Origin: Eutreptiella sp. 'Long Island Sound 2002'
Taxonomy: Eukaryota; Protista; Euglenida
NCBI GenBank assembly: GCA_964036045.1
Contig: OZ038379.1
Coordinates: forward strand, 25,234,001-25,298,000
Length of the DNA stretch: 64,000 bases
Reading direction: 5' to 3'
A program made the position numbers and the translations under genes. This document shows positions 22,272 through 33,460 of the stretch, piece after piece (position 1 is the first letter of the stretch; each line of letters begins with the position of its first letter). The notes beneath the pieces were generated by a model that saw only the letters and a list, made by a program, of their open reading frames with translations, had not been told where the DNA came from and did no database searches.

Positions 22272-24365
22272 TTAATGTTCAGCGGCAAGAAGCCTCGGAC
22301 CTTCGGCCTCATCAACTATATGTTCATCGTCCTCATCAGGTTCGCTCTCGCTGGATGGCGGGTCAAAGAGGGCAGGAGGCGGGCCACGTGGCTGTCTACG
22401 AAGGCGTCCCTGGTATCTGTCCGGAGGGGGATGTGCTTCAAGCGACCGTGTTATTTGTAGTTTTTTCCAAGCTTTGACATAGGAAACACGATCAGCAAGA
22501 GGTGTTCTAGGAATGTGGGTCATATATTGATGGATTTCCTCTGTTACATCTCTGTGTTTGCACATTAACTTGAGAGCCCGAATCATGCACATATCAAGTA
22601 GGGGGGAATCAACAGTTAGGTCAAGTGGAGGAAGGTAACTGGGATCCCATACAGGATCAGGGGTAACTGTCCTGTGTTTGGACTGGAACCGTGTGAACGG
22701 CGTGTTAATATCCGTAGCCCGTTGAACAAATGAACGTATCGTGATAACAAAATGTGTAACCAGATGTGGCTGGACCGAAGATCTTAGAACCCGTTCTTTC
22801 TGCAAGGGGGGAAGGGTGCAGTAAACATCACTTGCGCGAGAAAGATCTGTGACGTGTGGCAGCAGGGTGAGAGCATGTCCCAAACGTGACAAAGAGGCTT
22901 CACAACTTTCCTCAACGAACAGACAACCAGGGACCATGTCATACCACAACTGCCATGTACCGAGTGCAGTGCATAACGTCCGAACATACTCAATCTTGGG
23001 AGCATGCTTTTGTGTAAGGGAGACCAGTAAAAGCAGACAATGTTCAAGTACAGTGCGTGCGGTCGTCCCAGAATCCAGAGCAGCCCCGGCCCAAGTACAT
23101 TCTCGAACCCCATACCCAATGGCCCAGAGTGCAGGTGTGAAAACATACAACAGACTGTACAGGCACTGAATCTTTTGATATGCCACAGTGTTTTCAAGAT
23201 TCATTGGTCGTCTGAGGGTCGACAATCTATCTCTAGCTTCGGTGATAAGACCTTTCAACACGTTGCCCGCTAACAAAATACCGGCAAAAACCTTTTCCAT
23301 GTATATGAGCTTCCGATGACAAGGAATGCTAGTCCGCACCGTGATAAACGGTTTGAGCAGCCAAGAAATAACGGGAAAGAAACGCCTGAAAGTAATGTGT
23401 ACACAGTATTTGTACGGATGCCAAATGCCATAAAGCAGCGGAATGCGTTCCAAATGAGACCGGTAGTCCAGACTTCTGAGCTTCGCACCGTACATGAAAC
23501 GCAATACCGATGCATGTATTTTCATGTCGACCAGCAAAGGCAAATCCCGGCCCGTATGAATCTGTATGCGACGCATCATCTCAATTAACTGCAGCAGCTC
23601 AGTGTTTGAGCTTGTTCGACACTCGTCCAGCAACATAGGTTTCCAAATTTGTGGATACACGATACCCCTGGCGATGTCGAGTGGCGCACGGATGAAATGT
23701 GCCTGTAACGTCCCATCTGTAACAGCTGCAATAGTGTTCAGTAGACCCCTGCTGGAGGTCCGAATGCATCTCATGACACCTGGCAGTCTGAAAACTATGC
23801 GGCGCAATGTTAGATGTCCAGGAAATCGGGGCAGCAAGATTGTAAAGAGCACGGCTACGGCAGAACAGTCAAGATGTCCGGGCGGGCCATCGGGGTTCTG
23901 TAGGAATCGTTTTCTGAAAAAATTGTCCATCCAAATGCCAACAGAAGCAATGCTCATTGCATTCCAGAGATCCATCGCTGCTGCAACACCAGATTCCTGC
24001 AGAGTCGGTATTCGAGGTGGAACTATGCCAAACCTTGCTAGTAACTTCCGTTCGCGCTGCGAAACAGTAATGTCCAGAGCCGAGCGAAAAGCCAGGGGTG
24101 CCGCACGCAGGTGCAGCACACGCCAGATGTTGAAGAGCTCCTGCTGGAGTACGCTGAGCCATCTCGGCAAAGGTGTACGGTTTCTGTTTGCGACCACCTG
24201 CTCAAATGTCTGGCGGCGGCGTTTGGTTATCCTTATTCCAAAGACAAATTCAACAAATCGCCTTGACGTACCGCCTTCGCAAGCATCTTCAATAATTTGG
24301 CGTCCATTCTCCCAAGAGTGCGAAGCGAGGAATCCTCGCACGTAGGCAATGAAATGGCCATCCAT
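22272..24365 (-). CDS. Putative DDE transposase, Academ/DUF6589-like, 697 aa
   Basis: Intact ORF inside the TIRs with WMDNF, PLLVDMKIH, LLYGIWHPYKY and a candidate E in FVEESCEA. Spacing resembles the DN...D...GxxH...E pattern I recall for Academ-group transposases; family call from memory, not from a search. Confidence 0.65.
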   Translation of the reverse strand: MDGHFIAYVRGFLASHSWENGRQIIEDACEGGTSRRFVEFVFGIRITKRRRQTFEQVVANRNRTPLPRWLSVLQQELFNIWRVLHLRAAPLAFRSALDITVSQRERKLLARFGIVPPRIPTLQESGVAAAMDLWNAMSIASVGIWMDNFFRKRFLQNPDGPPGHLDCSAVAVLFTILLPRFPGHLTLRRIVFRLPGVMRCIRTSSRGLLNTIAAVTDGTLQAHFIRAPLDIARGIVYPQIWKPMLLDECRTSSNTELLQLIEMMRRIQIHTGRDLPLLVDMKIHASVLRFMYGAKLRSLDYRSHLERIPLLYGIWHPYKYCVHITFRRFFPVISWLLKPFITVRTSIPCHRKLIYMEKVFAGILLAGNVLKGLITEARDRLSTLRRPMNLENTVAYQKIQCLYSLLYVFTPALWAIGYGVRECTWAGAALDSGTTARTVLEHCLLLLVSLTQKHAPKIEYVRTLCTALGTWQLWYDMVPGCLFVEESCEASLSRLGHALTLLPHVTDLSRASDVYCTLPPLQKERVLRSSVQPHLVTHFVITIRSFVQRATDINTPFTRFQSKHRTVTPDPVWDPSYLPPLDLTVDSPLLDMCMIRALKLMCKHRDVTEEIHQYMTHIPRTPLADRVSYVKAWKKLQITRSLEAHPPPDRYQGRLRRQPRGPPPALFDPPSSESEPDEDDEHIVDEAEGPRLLAAEH

Positions 24366-24452
24366 CTTTGGCGTACATGAAACTCGTACATGAAGTAGAA
24401 GACAACAAATAGTCTAGCATGTAAAATCTTTGAGATCCGTCAGAATGTCACT

Positions 24453-24903
24453 ATCGAAAATTCGATTGGAGTTTAAACAGCCTATGCTTTACAGGGTACT
24501 GATTCCTCTAGCGGCTATCTAAATTTCGATTGGACATTCCTATCGAAATTTCGATAGGAATTGAATTCCTTTTCTGTCGAATGCTCCTATCGAAATTTTG
24601 ATTCGAGATGCTCCTATCGAAATTTCGATTGGTTTTAGAAATAAATCCATTGTGTAGACATCTCCATCGGATAAACATTCATATGTGTTTGATTTCTTTT
24701 ACCTCTTATTTCTTTTACCTTTATTTTTCTACAAGTTGTAATTTAAAATTCATATACTACTGTAGTACAACTATGTTCCGGTAAACCTTCGTGAAAGATT
24801 TTCATGGTTTGGTCTGTGAATGTCGTTAAAGACTTCCAATCGAAATTTCGATTGATCCATGCAAGGCAAATTGTCACGTAGCTTCGACAATCGAAATTTC
24901 GAT
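24453..24903. promoter_or_regulatory. Right subterminal/upstream cluster of palindromes (4 perfect, 3 with one mismatch)
   Basis: Perfect at 24542, 24616, 24839 and 24890; one mismatch at 24453, 24517 and 24589. Lies upstream of the transposase ATG. Confidence 0.7.
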
Positions 24904-25281
24904 AGCATCATTGCTTTTTTCTTCTAATTTTCACATACACAGACTATCAGGAGTCGGGTGGACAAACAGTTTGATATAGCTAATCGTGCAACCGAAGTTT
25001 CGATACATGGGACTTCCTGCCTACATTGTGAACTTCCCTGAGTCTCATTGCTATTCGAACAACAAACAACATGCAGCAATTCAAATGAAACACACTGAAG
25101 CGCAAATATGCATGAGCGTGGTAACACGGTGGTACACAACTGCGCATGTACTTGCACAACCAGTGTCTTTTTAGGACATTTCTTCTTTCCCGGGATTGGC
25201 TTCATGTTCTTTAACCGTGTTTTTCGCACCGTGTGACACGTCCCTTTTTTGTTCCAATTTCCGGTGACAGGGGCCCATTTT

Positions 25282-25306
25282 GGGTGGACACTTGGTTCGT
25301 CTAAGC
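25282..25306 (-). repeat. Right terminal inverted repeat
   Basis: Reverse complement GCTTAGACGAACCAAGTGTCCACCC, followed by ATT on the plus strand. Confidence 0.9.
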
Positions 25307-28115
25307 ATTGTGCAAGATCCTTTTCCACCTCAGTCCCAATACCCAAATCTAGTTAGGTCACCTCCTTTGCCACCCGATCTGGCACCCTTTTGGCGACACT
25401 TTATGGCTTTATGACAACACTACGGCTGTACATAGCTGCTGCCCAAGGCACGATCGCCCACTTGTCAACAATTTCTCCTAAAGGTATCTTGTGTCACCCA
25501 AAATTGACAAATTGACACCTGGTCCATGAATTCATGGAGATGAAGGAATCACCCAACTGGATCGAGACAATTACATTGTGCCATAAACGCAGTAGGTGTC
25601 GGTTGATTCTCCATCATCAGAATCCAATATCCGCCAACAAGAAAGACTGAAGATGGGTATCAATGGGGTGAAAGGGGGTGAAAATGAAAGCCATTGCACA
25701 CACCCCATAATAAGAAACCCCGAAATAGTTGGTACTAAACAACAAAAATGCCCCTGCTACTTGTCTCTAGTGCAGTGCAGCATGCAAAGTGCACACAACA
25801 TGCTGTGCACCAGTTTCAATGGCCTGTGTCCTATGGAAATTCAGACACGAAATCCATCCTTACCTTTTGACGTAAATCCATCCTCTGCCGATGTGTCTTC
25901 TAAGGTATTGCAGCATTGCAGTCCATCACATCCCTGTCCTACAAAGTACAACAACAATCAATCTCCTCAGACTGCAATCCATCTCATCCACCATCAAAAG
26001 TGTTGACCTCCGAAAAAACCAAATATGAGTACGCCGGGTCCGGATTATGGGCCATTTTTCATGCACACCAGGAAAGCTGTCCCAGGGGAGGGGATGGGAT
26101 TCACATGGCGCCTGTCTCCACAGGGCGTTGCATGGAGAAACACGGGGATGGGTGGTTTCTACATTTGCAAGGGCTCTCTTGTTTATGAAAGGGCACCAGA
26201 GCAGAGCACCATCAGTACCATGCAGCAGCAACGCCTCAAGGCGCCGAATTGGGTACGCAATGGGTCATGGCAAAGGAGCAGGGCAGTCTTTGCACAAGGC
26301 CTCTCGATGCATCACAATACTTGGCACCGAATAAATTAATTACCAAATGAAAAACGGTCTGGACATTGAATCTACCTTGGGCAAGGGCATCTCTTGCACA
26401 AGAAGGGGGGTTACCTCCTTTCATACCATCACCATAGCACGCACACAGCGCCTCACATAAGCTCAATGTTCCATAGCACAACACTCCTAAATACATAAAT
26501 GGTGACAAACAAAAATTAGCTTTGCCATACCAGGCTGTTGCCAGGTGCATCACGGTAACGGCCCCATCCCTCAATGAGGAATTGTGGTATCACCTTGCTG
26601 CAAAAGGTAACATTTATGAATTGTATTCCACACTCGCAGCATGCGATGGAGCTTCAAATTTCTCCTGTGGCCTGTGGCATTATGTGGGTTGATGATAGGT
26701 TGATGAAACCCTTCCATTTCCGCAATAATGTACACATGACGCTTCCATGGACCAAAAGCTACACACAGCATCCATGGAAGACAGACATATCATATTGTTT
26801 GAGGGTTCGGAGAGCAACGCAACAGTGCTGATGTTCGGTGCAGCAGAATTGTTGGGTTATCCCTGCGCTTTGTTTGAGTTGAAGCTTCCAGCATACCTCA
26901 TTGTCAGAAGCACTGCAAAGTGTTACAGTGGTAATGTTGGTGGTATTGTTAGTGGGCGGGGAACACTGTCAAGGCACCTGTTCCTCCAGCCACACAGGCC
27001 AATTGACCATGTGGCGACCTAAATGTGCAAGTTTGCAAATGGTCCACAGACATATGAACTTGGCTCTGCTCTGGGACAAGCTGCCAAACCTGAAGGGACT
27101 GTTTGCCCGGCGCGCTACTTGTGTATTAACAATCCTGACAACCCCAGATTTACCCTCCTAAAGCGCATCTGCACCCACACACACCCCTGATCTCTGCAAC
27201 GAAGGTGGGGGCAAAAGTAGGGGCGTAGAAAAGTCGAGCCGGACCCTAAGCAGATCCTCAGTACTTCGGTGTACATAGACTTGGATTGCCAGAGAAAAGT
27301 GGCGGACTCGTTACGCCCGAAACTCAACACAGCGCCAGCTGCTGTCGGCTATCCAGCAACCGGAACGGACTGCTGGTCTACCACCCAAAGCCGGCAGGAT
27401 TCAGGCGGCTGATACCGCGGGGTGCGTCAGACAGGAGTGCGGGGGATGTGTTCTTTGCTGGAGACAATCGGTGTGGGTTGCCTTTCGCTTTGGTTAGACA
27501 AGTGGTGAGACGTATTGAAGTGAGTCCTTTGCAGCGCGTGATTGGACCCCCGGAGATCCGTGTCCCAAATCGAGTTCGTCACACTCCCCTGAGGAGCAGA
27601 GTGACTCGCCTTTACACAGCAACAGAGCGTAGGGTGACGGCTGCAGAACTCTGGCCTTCCACAAGGAAATGCTGTGTCGTCGGGGGCAGCACGTGGTGGC
27701 CCAAGAGCCTGGGGGTGAACCCCCCCCCCTACACACATCGCTACTGATAACAATGTCAGCCACCCCCTCCCGAACCATCTACACACACAACACCCCATGT
27801 GTACATATCACCCGCCCCTATATCCCAGAACAATGTCCCCTCAAATCCACATCCCCCCCCCTATACTTACATACATCAACCCCCATCCACCCACGCCATG
27901 TGCGCGGGGGAGATTCCTGTGGCCATCATCTGACCACAGGCATGCCACGACATGTTTGGCTGGTGAGGCAGTCCAACCCCTAAGCCACCCCCCCCCAACT
28001 TCGCTTCCGGCCCCAGAGACACCCCCTCGCAACATCGACCGAGCTAAACCCCCAGAGAAGTTTCCTCTTCAGGGGCTCCGCCTCTTGGGGGGCGCCAAAG
28101 GCAACCCTCCCTCGC

Positions 28116-29231
28116 CTACTGCCGCTTCACAAACACGTGATGATAGGCATTCGAGAGCAGGCCACGCATGTTCCAAATGCTGCTCATCTTCTCTGGCTGC
28201 GTGTTGTACGCCACGTCCACGCACTTGCAGCACAGATCGATCTGTCTGGCATCGGCGGGCACGGGGACCGCCGCGGACCACAGCACCCAGCTCCACTCCT
28301 TCTGCTGGAACGCCGCCTTGTCCTTCACGGGCACCCCTGCGCACTCGGGCCGGGGCTGGAGCGTCGCGGTCTTCCACGTCTCGCCCCCGTCGGACGAGAC
28401 CTCGACCCGCGCAATGTCCCTCCCGCCGCCGCTGTACGCATAGCCCTTGACGGTGACGTGCGTGGCGTCCTTCGGGATGGTGGACCCGGAGACGGGGCTG
28501 CAGATCGCGGACTGCACAGGCATCTCCTGAATCGCGGGGGCGTCGGAGGGGGGCGTGTCCCCGAAGTGCACGGAGGAGGACCAGACCTTGTAGTCCTTCT
28601 GCTGGAAGTGCCCCTGCGACTCCTCGTCGCTGGCGACCACGCGGCTGAGCCACTTGACGCTGCGCGCCGCGGTCACGCCGGGAACGAGGGCCCGGACCGG
28701 GTACCCGTGGTCCAGGGGGATGGGCTGCCCGTTCATCTGGTACGCCAGCAGCACGTCGCTGCCGGGCTTGGCGGCGATCTCCATGGGCACGGACACCCAG
28801 TACTGGTTCCCCTCCACGTCCGCGTCCAGGCCCTCGAAGTGCATGTGCCGCGCGCCCTTGTTCAGGTCGAAGGCGGCAGCCTGCAGCACATCCACGAGCT
28901 TGGCCCCGCACCACGTGGCGGTCCCGATCGCCCCCGCACCCCACTCCAGGCCCTTCACGTGCTTGTACGCCTCCATGTCCATGCGGCGGTTGCCCGCGCA
29001 CGAGAACGTGTTCACGATGCAGTGCTTCGGGAACTGGTCCTGCAGCTGCTGCAGCGAGAGGGTGAGAGGCTTCTCTACCCCAAGACCACTGACCTCGAGC
29101 TCATAGTCATTGATCTCAATGTCGGGCACCGGCAGATGATTGCGGATGTAGAAGACCTCGTTCGGGGTGATGTAGCGCTCGCCGAGCACAGTGACGGGGG
29201 TCTCCCCATTGAAGGGCTTCTGAGTGTGCAC
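28116..29231 (-). CDS. SUOX: Sulfite oxidase exon 2 (Moco-binding and dimerisation domains)
   Basis: PFNGETP, FYIRNHLPVP, CAGNRR (Moco Cys), LLAYQMNGQPIPLDHGYPVR, RSVKWL, GYAYSGGGRDIARVEVS and IWNMRG; TAG stop. Confidence 0.97.
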   Translation of the reverse strand: MHTQKPFNGETPVTVLGERYITPNEVFYIRNHLPVPDIEINDYELEVSGLGVEKPLTLSLQQLQDQFPKHCIVNTFSCAGNRRMDMEAYKHVKGLEWGAGAIGTATWCGAKLVDVLQAAAFDLNKGARHMHFEGLDADVEGNQYWVSVPMEIAAKPGSDVLLAYQMNGQPIPLDHGYPVRALVPGVTAARSVKWLSRVVASDEESQGHFQQKDYKVWSSSVHFGDTPPSDAPAIQEMPVQSAICSPVSGSTIPKDATHVTVKGYAYSGGGRDIARVEVSSDGGETWKTATLQPRPECAGVPVKDKAAFQQKEWSWVLWSAAVPVPADARQIDLCCKCVDVAYNTQPEKMSSIWNMRGLLSNAYHHVFVKRQ

Positions 29232-29837
29232 CTCAGAATAAGGAAAGGGTACCACGGAGGACACCGCCAGCCCTGCGTTTGCGCCATCCCAGTGACAGCC
29301 CCGACCCCAAGCACAGGCAGCGCCAGCCCTCAAGGTCGCCCCTGTGCGTAAGCATGGCCAAACTTAGGGAAGATGACAGTCAGGGCCCTGCTTTTGGACA
29401 GTGCCGTCCCAAGGGTTGGGCTACAGCATTCAACTTCCTCTCTAGCGCGTGGGAAGGTGTGAGCATAGAGCTGGGACACCCAGTACAGTCACAATACCTT
29501 GGGCCATCACATGCTTCGTTCATGCGGGTAACAGCCTAAGCCTCAGGCTGTGCCCGCGTATTGGTAAATACCCTCTGCCCCCCGTGTGGCTTAGTCTTTA
29601 CCCGCATCGAATAAGTCTCTTTCGGTCCCCTCTGTCCCCTGGAACATCGTACAACTCTTCAAAGACCTCTCAAATACAATGATCAGCCGCAGAAGCTCAG
29701 CTTCCACAAGAAAATCATCCCTGAAACCGGAATTGTGGCTGAAACACACAGAACATTTTCAACAGAATTCCACAATTCCGGTAAAAATTCCCACACCCTA
29801 CAAATGTCTGACAGGGCCAGAGTTGCACCTATGTGTG

Positions 29838-29840
<3 letters not shown>

Positions 29841-29878
<38 letters not shown>
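29841..29878. repeat. (CT)n microsatellite
   Basis: About 19 CT units. Confidence 0.95.
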
Positions 29879-29882
<4 letters not shown>

Positions 29883-30459
29883 GTTTTTCTCTCTAACGCT
29901 CGCTGCCTCAGCTCCGCGCCCCTCGTTTTTTGCCCACTCCCAACAACCCCTCACAATGATGGCGGTTAAGGAGAGCTGAGCGTGGTTGTCGAAGGTTGAG
30001 AATTGCCAGGGGTTGCGGAAGGTTGTTGGTGGTTGTAATCCACCCACCGGAACCAGACAGGCACCCAAAGGACAGAAATCCCCAATTTGGGAATCTGGTC
30101 TGCATACCCATTGTGATGCAGCCCTTTACTGCAATTACACAGGTGTTACATGGAACACACCCGTGTGTACATGCCGCTAGTAATTCAGTCCGACGCTCTT
30201 CACACGGTTACAATGTCAGTGCAAAAGACTCCCATTTTTAGGGAGACAACAAAGATCCATTGCATGGGGTCCCTCATGGGACTTCGCGTGAACCCAGTAT
30301 CGACGGAAATCCCCAATTTGAGAACTGTACAGGGTTTTATGCTGTGGGAACAAAATTGCTAGTACCACCCTCCCTCAGAAAATGCAACACTGCCTGCTTC
30401 TCAAATTGGGGATTTCCAAATCGTGGGAGAAGTACCCTTTTGCGTTCTCAATTTTGGGA

Positions 30460-31700
30460 TGGCCTCCATAAACATCAAGATTGTGCACCTCTGTTGGCGG
30501 CTGCAGCGGGGGCATACAGTAGCCGCTGGCGCCTCCAACGGCCGGACGTCCCCTTTGGCGGGGCTGGCTACAGCCACACCCATAAGGCACGCACCAACCC
30601 CAACGCCTGCGCCGCGCTCACACGGTGTCCCTTGCCCCGCTGTCTGCAGGCCAAGCACAGTGGTGCCCAATGCCAGGCTTAGAGCGCCGCGCCTAGCCAC
30701 TGCCCGGCTCCTGCATTGGCGGGCTGCACTCCCCCTCCTTGGCGGTCTCTCGCCGCCTGCATGCGCCATCACTGCTGCCCATGCTAGCGCTACCGTCTGC
30801 ATGGCAAGCGTCCCTCCATGCTACTGGTCTTCTACCGGCGACCCTGGGCGCCCCGTTAGAGCTACACGAGGCCTACTGGTTGATCGCATGTATTTGGCGG
30901 TACTCTCAGCACGTATGGAGGCAGAAGCCGCGGCACGTCAACAGGCGGGCGCGGGACTCTTGGTCTTTGCAGCATCACGTAGACGTCCATCGGATGCGCG
31001 CCGGGGCTATCCATGGTGGCAGCTCGGCGATGGGCCGTTGCCCGGGGTCCCACCGGGGCCACCACTCGTGCCTCGCATTGGGACGCTGCCAGGGTGGCCA
31101 TGGGAGCCCCCCTTCATGGAGGCCATTTTGTGCGGGGCACGGAGCCTCACGTCGTTTCCGGACTAGGGGCACATCACATACGTGGAGCTAGTGCTAGATA
31201 TTGAGGCTCATGCCGGCAAAGCGCTCCTAGCGCCGGGGGACCAACGGCTGTGTGGGGTCACGTTGCCCCTATGCATCAAGGGTCAAGTAGTGAAGCAGGC
31301 ATTGGACCGGCTGCAAGCAAGCCCACATGTAGACGGGCACTCTCCTCCAAGGAAATTAGGTGTGGAAGGTGAAGTCCCTCCTTCCCTTGGGGACCTTTTG
31401 GTGCGTGGGGCGCACGGAGCAACCGTGCTTTGCGGGTCCGGCAGTAGTGCTCTTCCGGGTGAGGAAGTTGGAGGAGCTCTGCTGATCGCCGTGGAACCGG
31501 CGCCTGGCGCGCCCACAAAGGGGCCAGCAAGGCTACTTCTCACCAACCGGCCCGGGCATGGCACCGCTGCGCCCCGACAAGCGCTTGCCCCTCCGCCAGC
31601 ACTAGCGGCTGCCATGGCGCCTGCTGCGCCGGTCGGCGCGGGTAGTCCCAGAGTAGATGCACCTCCGTTTTTGGGGCGCCTGCACAATTCGGGCAGGGAC
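30460..31700 (+). mobile_element. Degenerate 3-prime fragment of a non-LTR retrotransposon
   Basis: GC-rich broken frame (LLVDRMYLAVLSARM, GYPWWQL, WPWEPPFMEAIL, HITYVELVLDIEAHAG) inside a LINE-rich intron; recognised by resemblance only. Confidence 0.45.
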
Positions 31701-32199
31701 CCCGGGGGAATCTTTGCACTGCGCGCGCACTGCGCGCTACTTTTAGACTATGATCCCCCGGAAGAGCCCCCAAGCACACCCCTTGGAAACGCCCTTAGAA
31801 TTAGGTGACCCAAACTGCCCCAGCTCAAGAAAGTTGCAAACCACCTTCCCTGAACATAACACACATCATGCACATCTGGAAGAGCCATGAACAGCGCATT
31901 GGTCGCCACCCTCAAGAACACACAACTGTCTTTCTGGTCCATTGTCAACTAAGTGTGCACAACATGACACAGTTGCAGAATCAAAGAAATGTCACACTGT
32001 CACATGTGTGCGTGTCAATGCAATCCGTACAATATTGCAATTCACACTTGTCACACATGGACATCTTTTCAGGGTCAAACTTGGTGCAACAAAGGGCACA
32101 AACATCCCCACCATGATGCCCCTAGGGGCCCCTAGTATCACAAAGTATGGGTCTCTAGTACAGCCAGACGCCCAAATAGTTGCACTGCGCGCGCACTGC

Positions 32200-33460
32200 G
32201 CTTAAGGCTCCCCCCCCGTGCCACGATGCCATGCACTCGCGCGCGCTCGGCCGCCCACGTGGCGCCCGCCAATAGCGCCCGGAGCAATGGAGGCCACCGT
32301 GAGCCCGTAGGCGCACGCTTGCCTGCACGGCACCGCCCTCAGGCCCCCATACATGGCCGCGCACAGTACCTCCCATGCGGCCAAGGCCGAGTACCGTTGC
32401 AACTCCCATAGCCGGTGGCACAAGCGGCTCCATTCCTCCAGCACGAGGTGCAGCTCGGCGGCCTGCCTCGGCACTTGCCATAGCCACCAACTTTGTGTAG
32501 GCTACCAGCGTAGCTGCCGGACCACGTGCATGGAGCGCCCCACGGGCCTCGTCGTGGGTGGCCGGGGTGTCTCCGCTAGGACCGCTTGCACCAGCACTTG
32601 CCTGGCCAACTAGACTGCGCGAATACTTCAAGCACCACAACGGCGAGACACAGGGCCCCGGGACCAGCACCGCCCATCCCTCCTACCCCGGCTTGGGGAT
32701 GAGGGAGGTGTCAGGGCTGCTGGCTCGCCCACGCTCCTCGGCAAGCATAAGGAGTTGGGCTAGCTACTCCACGACGTGATGCGGGAGCACCCACAAATCC
32801 TACACCCTCCACCAGTCAAGGCCCATGGCTCACGGCCTCATGGCCATCAGGTGGCACCACTGGTAATCACCCGTTAGGGGCTTGGCCAACATGCGCACCC
32901 AGTGTAGCGGGTGCCCGTACTTGGCCATAAAGGCCTTCGGGCAGGGCTAGGGGGCCTCCCGAATACTTGCGGTTGATGGGCCCCACGCCTCCCGTAGGTG
33001 CCCGTCCATTAGCCGGACGTTGGCCGTGGGGGACCCATCTGGGCGTGCCGGGAACGGTACCGGCTGCGAGAAGCCTTCTTGCTTCATCCACCGGTACGCG
33101 GGTTCTGGCCGCGCCCTGCACTCCTCTTGGAGCCAGGCCCGCCACACGACGACGTAGTCGCGCTCCTCCTCTGGCGGTGCACCGCCGCCAGCTGCTTGAG
33201 TTGCGGCACACACTCATCTAGCTCCGTAGTGCCCGGGACGGCGACGTCCGCCCGCACCACACGCGCCGGCCCCAGCGGGAACCCATGCAGCCCTCGTAAC
33301 TCCAGGTCGTGCAGCCCTTGCAGCCGCCATCTCAAGGAGGCCCAAGGGCCCGTGGCGTTGCCAGATGCCCCTCGCCTGGGTTGTAGGGGCGGGTGCAACA
33401 GCAGCAGCAGTAGGGATCAGATGGCCCCCTCCACCGCGTGCACTCGGGCCAGCACGGAGA
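32200..33460 (-). mobile_element. Degenerate non-LTR retrotransposon fragment (linker and RT N-terminal region)
   Basis: Broken frames AYRWMK...RPDGSPTANV...LREAWGPINRKY and THDEARGAL resemble the pre-RT region. Confidence 0.45.

Larger units (their letters stand above)
12913..25306 (-). mobile_element. DNA transposon, Academ/DUF6589-like; 12394 bp, or 7142 bp without the nested retroelement
   Basis: TIRs GCTTAG(T/A)CGAACCAAGTGTCCA(A/C)CC match at 23/25; ATT at 12910-12912 and 25307-25309; encloses a DDE-like ORF and a spliced accessory gene. Confidence 0.88.

Noticed and set aside
23566-24345. 259-aa plus-strand ORF
   Set aside because: Antisense to the transposase, with no recognisable motif.
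12907-25312. Alternative boundary: TAG...CTA termini with a 9-bp TSD (TGCATTGCT vs AGCATTGTG)
   Set aside because: Only 6/9 identical, which is hard to reconcile with intact genes; the 3-bp ATT model needs no mismatch. Other copies would settle it.
28137-29351. 404-aa plus-strand ORF and the 310-aa minus ORF at 28069-29001
   Set aside because: Shadows of sulfite oxidase exon 2.
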